Made by a program: the position numbers and the translations under genes. Source: Ophelia neglecta (taxonomy: Eukaryota). Taken from it: a stretch of 64,000 nucleotides of DNA. The notes under the pieces are model-generated. The model was not told the origin of the DNA. It did no database searches and saw nothing but the letters and a program-made list of their open reading frames with translations. Positions 43,401-55,657 of this stretch are shown here, piece by piece (the first letter of the stretch is position 1; each line of letters begins with the position of its first letter). The DNA lies in assembly GCA_965285935.1 (NCBI GenBank), contig OZ260664.1, positions 53,506,001 through 53,570,000 on the forward strand, read 5' to 3'.

Positions 43401-46400
43401 TCCACTCTCAAAATGGCTTTCCAGCTGTTAAACTACAAGCTCATGCTGTCCTCTTGTCAGTCAGGTTAATTTCATGTAGCACATCTTGTGGACAGGAAGT
43501 AATAATATCATAGGCACTTTTTTTTAATTAAAATACTATTCAGTGATGTAATCACCACTTTTTTTTAAATTGAACATTCGCTTCAAAAACTGATGCACCT
43601 GCTCAGAAGAACCTAAATGGTCAACCAGGTTTACATCGAATTTAAATGTGACCTTGGCCTGGGATACATGTCACTATGATATATATACATTATTGGCTTA
43701 AACCATGCCCTGCCATCTCAAATAGCATAGTTATTTAAAATAATAAATTAAAATACACATAATTATGTAATTTTCCTGTTAAGCATCAACTTTCTATAAT
43801 ACGTTGAAAAACTTCTACAACATGAAGAAAATAACAAAGTTTGTGACCTTGGTCGTGTTTACAGTGTAAGGGAACCCGTAAGATTTTGGCAGTTCAGTCT
43901 ATGAGCCACTGTCTAGGAATTGTGCATTTATTTGTAAAATTTACAAACAAAAAGCTTGATTACAACATAATTTATGAACGAAATTATGGATTTGTAAACA
44001 ACCGAGGAACATGATTCATAAAATCTCCTCTGTTCTTGAAACAAACGTACAAGAAACCTACCAGTAAACATGCATTGTCCTTTGACTTAGAGAAACAAGT
44101 GTGTTGATGATGATGATTCCATTGTTTGGGTTAAACTTATCCACACATAAAAAAAAAAAACCAATGAACCTTTTAACCAAGTATTAAAATTATTTGTTTT
44201 AGCTTTTAACACGCAGGAAATCGGTCAATTTAATATTTGTTAATCCCTAACTTGCAAGAGAGCAGACTGTTAAGAGTGTCTGTTTACATTAAATAAAGGA
44301 CTTAAATTAAAATCTGGGCAGTATATTTTTTTACGGTTTACTTTTTTTAACCAGTGAACTAAGTACTTTTTAAATATAACCCTCCCATTTCCTTTTTTGG
44401 TTTGAAATTATGGGATAGACCTAATCCATTTAAGGTGGCATGGCATACATGCAATTCTAAATATCTTGTTTATCTTGTTCACTGCTGAATAACTTGATAA
44501 ATCTGTGTGTTCTGGGTAAAAAAACTCGGTTGTTAGCAGTTACTGAGTTAAGGTGTTCTTTGTTCCTTAGCCGACTGCATGATGGTAGTAGTGACCCTGT
44601 ACACCTTTGAACCAATGTACCAATTGTTAGTGGTTCATTGCATGAACATTTTGCAAGATTTAAAAATACACTACATTCAAAAGCAAGGTGTGACAAATTT
44701 TTAAAAATCCTTGTTTGGACTTTTGAGAGCTTGAGGATATTATATGATTTTTAATAGCATGACATGTTCATTTAAGGATAACTTTAAGGTACAATTTTAT
44801 TATTTTACTTAACTAATTTCAAACTCAAGATAACCATTTCAAAATGTTTACTTTCCACTTGGTTGATTTGTATTATAAAGTTGTTAAAAAATTAAAAGGA
44901 AACTGAATATAATTTGGATGTGTGTTGTCATCTTTGCATCTCTCCTTTAAGGCCCTTGACATGCTTTCTGACATGACCATTTGGTTGACCATTTGTGAGG
45001 TACTATACTGCCGAAATGAAAAAGGCGTGCCATCAGAGCATATATGTGATGATGCTGGAGACAGCCCTGCTTGGTTAAAAAAGTCTAAATTGGAAATAAT
45101 CAGAAAGAGTTAAATATAGGGGAGATTTATTAGCTGGTGTGGCAGAGCAGGCGAAACCCATAAATTGCACGGTCCTTGGCAAACGTTTTCACATATAACG
45201 AAATAACAGGTTTCGGTGAAAGTGATTAAATGGGTTGGAGATGAGTTAGATTCTTGATTATGGCAATAATTCTAGATCTAGGGTTAATACAATTTAGGCA
45301 AAATGACACTATCTTAGGATAATGTCAAATTCCCTCACCGATTGAGAAAACCTTAGCCTTCAACATTTTTCATATGTTAATTTCTACAGAAGTTGCTTAT
45401 TTGCAGATTCCAATTTATTATGAAAATATTCATTCAATAAATGAAAAGTTTGAAATATCTAAATCAGAAATAACAGATGTCCGCAATTTAGATTCAGAAG
45501 CAAGACATTCATCTATTTAAAGCAAAAAAAAATTCACAAGAAAAAATCAATACTCTAAAATAATTGTTTTTATTCTAAATAATGTTTAACCTCCTGGTAA
45601 TCATGGCCAACAAATAACAACACAACAGTGAACCACATTTAATCCTTCATAGCAGTAGGGTCAAGAACCTATGTAGCTTGGAGCAATTAGAACTTAGAAT
45701 ATACTCAAGGTTATTAATTTAAAATAGCAAAGTGCCTTTTTAAACATTTTTTAATTTTCTCTTTGCCAGGAATCTCATGGCTTGATCAAGGGATAAGGGT
45801 GCCATTTTGGGCTTGAAATCCATTCACTTCAGTAGCAGTTATTGCCATTGCTGAGTGTATGGTATGATACCAGACATTATGATATATAATGTAGTGTTAG
45901 GTAGTTTAGTATTTTTTGAAGGCTGATGGGGGGGGGGAGGGGCTTGAAGGCAGTAATCAATAAAATTGTGCCTAAAGGCCTGTGGTACATAAGCTGTGTA
46001 AATTGGTCATTTATTTTCTAATTCATTCACCAATCAGTATCAGTCCTATTAGTTTGTAAAACTAATCATCTTATTTAGTGGACATCAACTCAAACTATTT
46101 GCTTAGTATTGATTTTTTGTACATTGATATTCATTTACCATTATCCCAAAAAAAAATCATTTGTGATTATTAGTTACCCAATCTAGAATGACAGTCAAGG
46201 AAATTCTATTGATTTTCTTTAAATACTGAAGCCCAATTTGTTTGTTTCTCTCTGGAAATATACTAGAAGATGCTTTAGGAAAAAGGGTTTGAATTAGCAG
46301 ACATTGTATGATATGACATGCAGGTTTAATTGTATCCGGCATTGATGAGAATTAGCCTCTAGGTACACTTGCTTCCTGTATTCAGCATTGTGCTGTTTGG

Positions 46401-49400
46401 CGCTGCACTTTGGGAGAATATAAGACTAATCCTATCCTAACCCTGGTGACACCAGACTCTCAGTGCAGAGCCAGAGAAGCAGTGCCCAGTCATACAGAGC
46501 AGCGCTACAGCGCCGAATATAGAGACCCGGGTAAACTTCTTCCCCATAAACTTTCATGACAAAATAGCAGGTGTACGTTATTAACTAAACTTGAGTGTGT
46601 TTGATTAAGGCACTTAATCATGTTTATAAGAGTGCTCATCTGGACAATTCATTAATAATAAAAGAACGAGCGATATGAGTCCTCCTGAATTATGGGTAAG
46701 TAGTTCATATCCTCTTTGCCAAGATTGACATTCACTTCCTAAACCAAATCACACCTGATCAAAGTCAGTTAATTAGATTGTATCAGTCCAACACAATCAA
46801 GATTGCAAATAAAGCATGTTATACCCAGTGTGGCTTACAAAGTCTGTTTCCAAATGTTGTATTCTGTTCATAATATACATATATTTTTCATTGTGACTTT
46901 CAGATGAAAGCAAGGAACTATGAGAGAGTTGAAAAGGTGAGTATCCTTTATGGTTCTAGTAAATTTTTAGTCTTGTCTCCATTATATCATCACCCTTTTG
47001 CAGTATGAAACAAAAGCATGCTCAGCAAATATTTCTTGACATTCTAGTTAAGACCATGTAAATTCAACTAGTTCTGTCAGTTGAAGTTTGGTACTGAGGA
47101 TTTTAAGTCCAATAAAAGTCCGACTAAACATATAAATTAATTCCAGTGGGAGGTTCACAATTTTAGGCTAGAAGGTTCTAGACCTTAACATATACAGATA
47201 AAGATTGGTGACAAATAATTGAAGAAAACAAAACAAATATATATTAGATTGCTACCTTTCCCAAGAAAATGATATTTCGTATGTCTGTTTGACTTCTTGT
47301 TTTTAGGCACAGGCTTCCCAAATGGATTGTAAGTTATATCAATATATTGGTTTATAGTCCCTAGTTCCCTTGGGTCCTGCCAGTAGGAGCCACTCCATAT
47401 CTTCACTCAATGCAGGCATTCTTGCTTCCGCATGTAAACAAACCCATTTAAAACATCATGGCACCGGTTCCGATCGAGAAAATTTAGACAGGAAAGACCA
47501 TATCCTGGCTGCAAAATTTTGAACTTTCATTTTGCAGTTGTTCCAGAGATGTCTAATGAAAGTTTTGAACATAGACCTGTGGAAAACCTACCTACACTAC
47601 ATTAAAGAGACGAAGGGTAGCTTGCCATCATACAGGTAACCTAGAGGATGCATACAGCGTAAAGCACTGTGTAACATACTAAGTTAACTTATCTCTAGGA
47701 ACATTACAAAAAAGGTTTAATATTGCTTAAATTTGGCCATTAGGCCTCGTATTGGCTTAATATATCAAATTTGTCCCCCTATTAATCTAATAAATGTTAC
47801 TTTAATATTTAATAACCCTGTATTTATAACAGATAGTCTGTCCCCATTAATTGGGTCTTTCTAAAAAGCATATTACTGTTTGTATGAGGTGGGACATTGT
47901 ATATTGCCAACATTGATGGCCTTGACCTCTATCTCCAAGGATAATATGCACTGTGTCTTCTTGATTATTTCATTGGTTTATACTGGGGCTGACCAAATCT
48001 TTGAAAATGTGTTTGTGTAAATTTAATTTTTCATGTTTCATTTTAAACTATTGTACTGATATATCATCCTGATTTTTTTTTAGAGAAAAGATGGCCCAGG
48101 CATATGATTTTGCACTTGATAAAATAGGAATGGATATCATGTCTTATCAGATTTGGATGGATTATATCAACTTTTTAAAATCAGTGTAAGTTGCTAATTC
48201 AGATAGATTGGACCAGTAGCTTTCTAAAAAAATCTTCTTGAAATGTTTGGCTTCTAAAAAAAGTGAACTAGATTATTATATTATTAAAGTAAGCTATATG
48301 TTGCCAGAGTAATATTTATATATTATAACATGTCTTAGAGCTCTTGTTTCTTATTACAAACTTAACCTTTTACAGAGAGGCTGTTGGGTCGTATGCAGAG
48401 AACCAGCGTATCACGGCAGTCAGGAAGGTGTACCAGCGTGGAGTCATTAACCCCATGATAAACATCGAACTTCTATGGAAGGAATACTGCACATTTGAAA
48501 ATGTAATCTTCTAGCTTCATATGAATATTTAGACTTTGACCCCTGCTTGAAGGTCAAATTTGGCGCATTCCTGCACGTTATCAAGTGGATTAAACAAAAC
48601 GATTGAGTTTATGGTTATCAAACTTGACATGCCTTTAAAGCGTTCCAACACCGCGAATAGTATTGTATTTCGGCTAAATCCAAAAAAGAGGGTCTTCATA
48701 ATGTAATAAGTGTGTTAAGTGTCCATCCATCTTGAAAATACTGTTTAAAGACTTACAGATATATTAACCTCATTTAATCAAATTTGATGGCACAAGGGAA
48801 ATTGGCGTCATTGCCACATCTTGTTCAAGTCTAAAAAAGTCTAATTAACTCTAAAAATGAGCAATCCTCTTTATAAAATTTGGCCTTACCAGGGGGAATA
48901 AATTTGACTGAAAATAAGTACTCAAGAAACATGATGCAACAAAGAGTCAGAGTCAAATAATCCTACTTGTAATTGTTGTGGCATATGCAACAGATTAATC
49001 TGAGCCCTGGATACCCAGACGGTCTTGTCCAGTGATAATCATAACCATGCTCTGTACATTGTAGAATATTAACCCCCTCATTGCCAAGAAGATGCAGGAA
49101 GACAGAGGCAGGGATTACATGAATGCTAGGAGAGTGGCCAAGGAATATGAGGTGGTTACAAAAGGGTTAAATAGAAACTCGCCTTCTGTACCCCCTGCCA
49201 ACTCTCCTGATGAGGCGAAACAGGTAACAAGTTAAATTTAATTCTATGCACCTACCAATAATATTCTTTTTTTTGTAGAACTTTATTTAATTTAACATAT
49301 ATTAATTGCAACCTATGTGTAAGCAAAGGCTGATTGGACAGTCAATTCAGAATAGATCTTTTATATTATATTCAGGTGGACCTCTGGAAAAAATACATTT

Positions 49401-52400
49401 TGTGGGAGAAAAATAATCCTCTGAGGACCGAAGACCCTGCTACAATAACTAAAAGAGGTAAATATAATGTACTCTTCTCACCATACCTGTACACTTCAGA
49501 TATAAACCAGTAAATTTAAACTTGACTATTGACAAGAATTCTTTTCCAATGAGTAGTAGGAAGTAACAGTACATTCAAAAGTGCATACACGAAAACTACA
49601 CAGTTAAAATATTAATAGTCTTTCAGCCCAGTTAAAATATTAATAGTCTTTTAGCCCTAAAACTTGTTATATGACTTCGATTTGAGTCTTTGTTCTCTCC
49701 ATAGAAATGAAGAATTGATGTACTTTAATAAATGATAGTAGTAAGTTTGTGTGTTTGCTTCTTTCCAGTGATGTTTGCCTATGAACAGTGTCTGTTGTGT
49801 CTCGGTCACCACCCAGATATCTGGATTGAAGCAGCATCCTACCTAGAACAGTCCAGTAAACTTCTGGCTGAGAAAGGCGTAAGCATAACTTAATATGCTT
49901 TTCTAGGTTATTGGAAATAAATATTCCCCAGGTTATCGGGTTGATTAATAGATTATGATTGATAAATTATTGACATTTTAAGTACTGTGTTTGTCATTTT
50001 TAGGACCAGAATGCTGGAAAGCTGTTTGCTGATGAGGCAGCGGCAATGTATGAACGTGCCGTCACCAGTCTGCTGAAAAATAACATGCTCATCTACTTTG
50101 CCTATGCAGATTTTGAGGAGGTATGAAAAACTGTAATACTATATGAGTTTTTTGCAATTTATTAATTGTTTATTGAATAATTCGATACATGGTCCCTAAT
50201 GATTAAAATTGTCCATATTTAAATGATTGTTTTGGTTCTGTAGAGTCGAATGAAGCATGAGAAGGTTCACAGCATATACAAGAGACTGATGCAACTTGAA
50301 GATATAGATCCGTCGCTGGTAGGTAACAATAATTTAGGGGATCTAAATACACATAATTTCTACATCTTTGATAACATTCATTAAAATTCTGGAGAGAAAG
50401 TGTGTCGAAGATTTCAGCATCATGCAATATTTAAAAATACTTATATATGGTCATGATTTTTTGTCTGCCTAGTTTATGCTGGGAATACTTAGTACGAAGT
50501 ATTCAAGTGCTGTTTTTTCAGGCTTATGTGCAATACATGAAGTTTGCCCGTCGAGCAGAGGGCATTAAATCTGCACGTAATGTGTTCAAGCTGGCTCGGG
50601 AAGACCCTAGGAGTCAGTACCATGTCTTTATTGCAGCAGCCATGATGGAGTATTACAACAGTAAGGTAAGTCTGTCACCCAAATGGCAATTTAAAATGCC
50701 AGGCAATGTAATACTCCCGGCAGTGTTAATCACCTGGCAATTTAAAACTCCTTGCAATGTAAAATACCTGGCTATGTAAAACCTATGGAGTACAAGGTTT
50801 TTATAAGTTCAAAGCAAATGCATGTAGTTAGAGTCCATGTTCCTCTTGCCTAGAAGTGAAGGATAGCCCTTCAATTCAAATGAAAAAATCCCAAAATATC
50901 TAAACACTATTAGACTACCAATTTTTGTATTTATACCTGTTTTGATTTGTTTTGTAGGATAGAAATATTGCTTTGAAGATATTTGAATTGGGGTTAAAGA
51001 AGTATGGGCAGCATCCAGAATACATCCTAGCCTATGTTGACTACATGTCTCATATAAATGGTAAGCTTGAAGAATGCCTTCCCCTGGGGAATGCCATACT
51101 CTGCACCTAGAGGGTTTTCATGAAAACATCAAAAGTTAATTAAAATATTCGGTTCAAAAACCTGAGGGACCCCAGGGAATGACGCTCTGGGTCATACATT
51201 TATTTTTAAAATATTATTGTTTACTTATGTTTATTTATTTCACCAGAGGACAACAACACAAGAGTCCTGTTCGAGAGGGTCCTGTCATCAGGACAGTTAG
51301 AGGGAGACAAAACCCAGTAAGTAGTATTTTACTCTAGTCATATCAACTCTCAACCAGGTATTTGGTTAATTTCTTGTATATAAAGCATGGTTTTTTACAG
51401 TATAAGAATTCATTCCAAAACAATTTGCAATTGTGTATTTTTGACTACCTAAATAAAATACTATATTTTAAGACTATTTTGCTTTAATTGCTTTTCGTTT
51501 GGTAATTATACTACAGACAAACAGTGGATGGAGGTATGTGTGTATTTATATTTTTGGAATGTTATCATATGGAGAGATAAAGCAAGTTCTTAATGTTCTT
51601 CTACAGTGAAGTGTGGAACAAGTTTTTAGAGTTCGAGTCCAATGTGGGGGATCTGGCCAGTATATTGAAAGTGGAAAGGAGAAGAGCTCAGGTCATAGGA
51701 AATGTGAGTCCCATCTTAGCTTAAAATATATTGACAAAAAGATTATTTATGGAGACTTTGATATATTATATTTATAGTTTCAGTTATAAAATGCATATTT
51801 TGAACAAATATGGGGCCAACTTATGTATGACAATTGTTGCATATTGTATAAAATTAGTTGCAAGAGAATGAATAAATAATAAATAATTCAGATTAGAATG
51901 TTTATAACATACTGATTATTTTGTAAGTACCCATGTTTTTTTTTTAATAATAGGAGTTTGAAGGCAAGGAGACAGCTTTGTTAATAGACAGATACAGATA
52001 CTGTGATCTGTTCCCATGTTCCACAATAGAACTCAAATCACTTGGATATCGGGTATGTAGGCTCAACTCATGTCCATGATCTTTTACTAGCCTTTATGCT
52101 TTTCTATCCTTCTTTCCCTTTACAATCTATTTGCTGCTGTAAGAATGTTTAAAAGTATGTACGTGTGGCAATGTATTAGTTGGCAATGATTTGAATATTG
52201 AGACTCCAAATATTGCTCTTAGTGAAATTACTACCCTTCAGGATAATCTAGACAAATCAGATTATTTTTGACTAGTTTCTTGAGTTTAAAGTAAGTTATG
52301 TCGTAACTGTTTGTATTGTAGGATCTTGCCAAGGCCTTGGGAGGGTCAGTGCCCTTATTGTTACAGCTAGGAGACTCGGTGAGAAGTGCAGCAGAAGAAG

Positions 52401-53491
52401 AGGAACAGAAGACATCTCGGCCAAAATACCCGATGCCAGATACAGCCCAGATGATACCCTTCAAGCCTAGGGTCATTGTCCGTAAGCATGTTTTCGTAAT
52501 ATATTTTATCAAAACTTATGTATTGGAGATGAAAGGGCCATTATGGAGACATTTTGCCAATCAAAACAGGAGCTCAACAGGGAAAAAGGAAACCAAAGGG
52601 ATCTAAATGAATGGGAAGCACTTTTATATGATATGATTTACACATGCTCAAAACACTGATTTGATTGATACTACTTTACAGCCACTGATGCACATCCCAT
52701 CCCGGGAGGAACCTTTCCTCCACCCCCAGCTGCATCAGAACTACTAACTAAACTGCCACCACCAACATCATTCCAGGTAAACTCTAGAAATTGTGGTTCA
52801 TTCTGTGTATATGAATGTTTCAATGTTCTTACTTTATTGAAATTTGTATGGAAATTTTTGCTTTTGCTTTGAGGCTGAATGTTGCAATCTAATTATTTAT
52901 TAAAATTCATCATTGAGGAGAATTATACAGGCCTTTGACATCTCATTAAAAAACTTTTTCTTTAGGAATTAGATATTTTAATGTAGTATCTCACATATAT
53001 ATCTGATATACATGTACCGGTTTCATTTCAGGGACCTTTCCTACAGATCGACAAGTTCATAGAACACTTGCAGAGATTGAGACTGCCTGATGGTAAAGAA
53101 AATATATTATTACTTTGAATTAAATAATAAGTACTTGTACCAACAGCACTTGCCAGTTATTCTGTGGGAGATTAAATATGTTCTGTTAAAAATGAATATT
53201 CCACTGATACCTTTATGATTTTTCATTAATAGCTTTTATATTTTCTCCAGCATAACTTGTTTTGGACTTCTGATTAACATGTATTCTGTTATTATCTCAG
53301 AGCCCCCTAAGATGGAGAATGGCTTTGATGGACGTGTTGACCCAGGCACACAGTACTCCATGGACATAGCCATGGGCAGGAAACGAAAACAGATGGAGTC
53401 CGAAAACGCGGAAAGTGATGATGAAGACACCTTGGCTGTGCCACCTGCACATGACCTATACAGGGCAAGACAGCAGAAAAAAGTCAGATAG
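37437..53491 (+). CDS. CSTF3: Cleavage stimulation factor 77 kDa subunit (CstF-77 / suppressor of forked), 21 coding exons, 718 aa
   Basis: Manually spliced GT-AG exons: 37437-37472, 39168-39269, 39704-39799, 46904-46936, 47538-47635, 48084-48185, 48376-48502, 49065-49223, 49376-49457, 49769-49878, 50004-50120, 50244-50318, 50522-50665, 50958-51060, 51247-51316, 51607-51703, 51954-52052, 52322-52481, 52682-52776, 53032-53092, 53301-53491. Total 2157 nt with consistent phases. The peptide has CstF-77 HAT-repeat segments ([86 protein letters not shown]), the Pro-rich [11 protein letters not shown] / GGTFPPPP region and the C-terminal [16 protein letters not shown]. Confidence 0.97.
39800..40270 (+). 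promoter_or_regulatory. Weak intron-3 5' splice site and candidate intronic polyadenylation signals of CSTF3
   Basis: Donor is GAG|GTTTTA. Read-through adds [12 protein letters not shown] (stop 39836-39838). Hexamers: ATTAAA 39834, AATAAA 39869 and 39950, and TATAAA 40187 followed by a U/GU-rich tract at ~40215-40270. This is the intron position of the known vertebrate CSTF3 intronic poly(A) site. Confidence 0.65.
42065..42298. repeat. 29-bp minisatellite, ~7.5 copies, in CSTF3 intron 3
   Basis: Unit AGGCCAGGGGTAGCTAAATGTCACATCAT in tandem. Confidence 0.95.
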
Positions 53492-54015
53492 GAACTTCAA
53501 GATATGATCTCATCCTATTTTACAGAAACAATAACCTAGAATCTAGGTGGCTTTCAGTGCACAGTTGACACAGAAATCTCACCAATAATGAAACAGTTTA
53601 CATGGACACTATGGTCCAATCTGCCCAATGTTGTGTATTGGTTATGACAAATTAAAAAGATTGGGCATTCATGTTGTCTTGGATATGTAAAACATTAGGA
53701 TCGTTTTAAATCAAAATTAAACATTAGCTGATCCTCAGGGAGGAGGACTTTTGGATTTGTGGTTGTTAAGACCCTGTCCAACTTGATTCTCCTTGAAATC
53801 AGAATACATCAGGAGCAGCGCATGCCTTTCATTTTATATGAGAATTCAAGAAGACTTGGGGATACCATTGGTTTAAGCACCATATATTTTTAATCACTAC
53901 ATTTCAACTCAATTTAAATACAGACAGATTCATTGTTGATTTGTTTAATCTTCTTTGTCTGACTTTGAAAACCTATGTGGGGTAATATTCGAGTGTTCAG
54001 GACCTAACACTAACC

Positions 54016-55068
54016 CAGACTTTGGTTCAGTACTTTTAATCAAATGCAAATGCCAATAGTTTAGTTTTCATCAAATGCCAATGCAAATATCACTATTTTC
54101 AAGATACAAATGCATATTAAAATACTTCAAATACTTTTAAATAGTTCTAAATATTTTTTCTAGCAACAACAGTTTTTGATATCTTGGGCACATCATCTAT
54201 GATGTTTGTCAACTGAATAGCCATTTGCATAATCCACCTCACTCACTTTGGGTTATAATTGTGAGCAAATCTAAAATGCCACACTCTTTAAAGTTCAATT
54301 GCTATCTTATTATCTTATTACTTGCTTGGAGCTGATCCGACGTGAGCAAATATAAAGTAAGATATCCTTTAATGTTCAATTGCTACCACCTATCCTCAGT
54401 TACTTGGAGCTATCTACCATTAGCAAATATAAAGTGCCACATTCTTTAATTTTCAATTGCAGTCTAAGCTGTGAACCCCAGTATAGCAATATTCAACTAA
54501 CTGTGAAGTGACAAACATCCCATTACATGATTATACATTTCCCTCAAATTATTTGATTGGAGTGTCTCAAAGCATATATCATGAGATATAAACTGAATGT
54601 TATAAAAAATGAGATTTGCTCTGTCAATCTTTGAATGAATTATATTCATATGGACTGTTTTTTGGGGGAGGAGGGGGGGGGCACACCTTTACCCAGGTAT
54701 TATTGGGGAATGCTGGACTTGACTTGGTAACTCCATTATACAACTTGGTTGATCATCAAGTAATACATGTCATCATGGTTAAAGCACCTGGACATACTTA
54801 AAAGGATTCTTTGCTCTATAACAATGAAACACTAGCCTTATCAACATTGCCGACTGCAAAGTATACATGCCCAGATAAACTGTCACAAATTCACACAATT
54901 GTGCAAACATAGCCTGTGTCTTTAGACACAATAAAAACAATAAACTTCCTCAACACACATATAAACCCAGTTCTAAAGTACAAAATGCCAGAGACTTTGA
55001 GTGCTAAATATTATTTGATAACTATTTGAAATGTATTTTATGTTTTCAAATAGTTGACCCTAGGTCTG
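54016..55068. mobile_element. Non-autonomous hAT-like element with 8-bp TSD, downstream of the CSTF3 stop codon
   Basis: TSD CACTAACC at 54008-54015 and 55069-55076. Imperfect TIRs CAGACTTTGGTTCA / TGACCCTAGGTCTG. Subterminal CAAATGC/TATTTG motifs and an internal ~80-bp tandem x3 at ~54260-54460. Confidence 0.8.
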
Positions 55069-55651
55069 CACTAACCAATCACATGCCAGCATACATTTAG
55101 CAAAGGACAGCTGTTTAAATCCTTGCCAGTGCCGGGCTTTATTCTTTGGTTCACCTTAACACTGGGCTCGTGATATAAGGGTTTTTTAGAAAAGGAATGG
55201 TGAAACCTGAGTTGATGTAGTGCTCAAAGTCAACTTGATTTGCATGGATTTGTACTTTATTTTTAATTCATTCAATTTTCCAATCTCAAAATACTGATTT
55301 AATTTTGACAGTCCAAATAATTCATTAATTTGATTTTGGTGTATCCAATAGTAAAAATATGAATCATTCGTAAACATAAAAGTATTTTATTTTATTACCA
55401 GAGCTGCAATTGAGGTCAGTTGGTTTCCGAGAACCATACCAAAAAAGGACCGGCTCACATGATCACATGCCATGTGAATATATCTGTTGTAAGATATTTG
55501 GTCATTTATCAATACATTTAACTCCTACAACTGGCTTGTTGAACAATTTTTTGGATTAAATCCATGTCATGATGTGGTATAATGTTCAGTGCATGATAAT
55601 GTGTAAAGTTTTATGTACATGTCTGTAGCAAATGAAAATACTACTATGTAA

Positions 55652-55657
55652 AATAAA
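55652..55657 (+). terminator. Candidate distal poly(A) signal of CSTF3
   Basis: AATAAA preceded by several TGTA motifs (55600-55650). Other hexamers exist at 53651, 54930 and 54939, so the assignment is tentative. Confidence 0.35.

Noticed and set aside
44916-44940. 7SK-like start (GGATGTG)
   Set aside because: It lacks the paired GATC motifs and a matching 3' stem with a Pol III terminator.
46430-46446. Telomerase RNA template-like CCTAACCCT in the loop of the intron-3 stem
   Set aside because: No downstream U-rich/A-rich pseudoknot, CR4/5-like domain or clear H/ACA end could be seen; probably coincidental, although a covariance-model search would settle it.
50447-53491. ORF-track entries at 50447, 52337 and 53279 as separate genes
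   Set aside because: They are CSTF3 exons 13, 18 and 21 extended into intron sequence.
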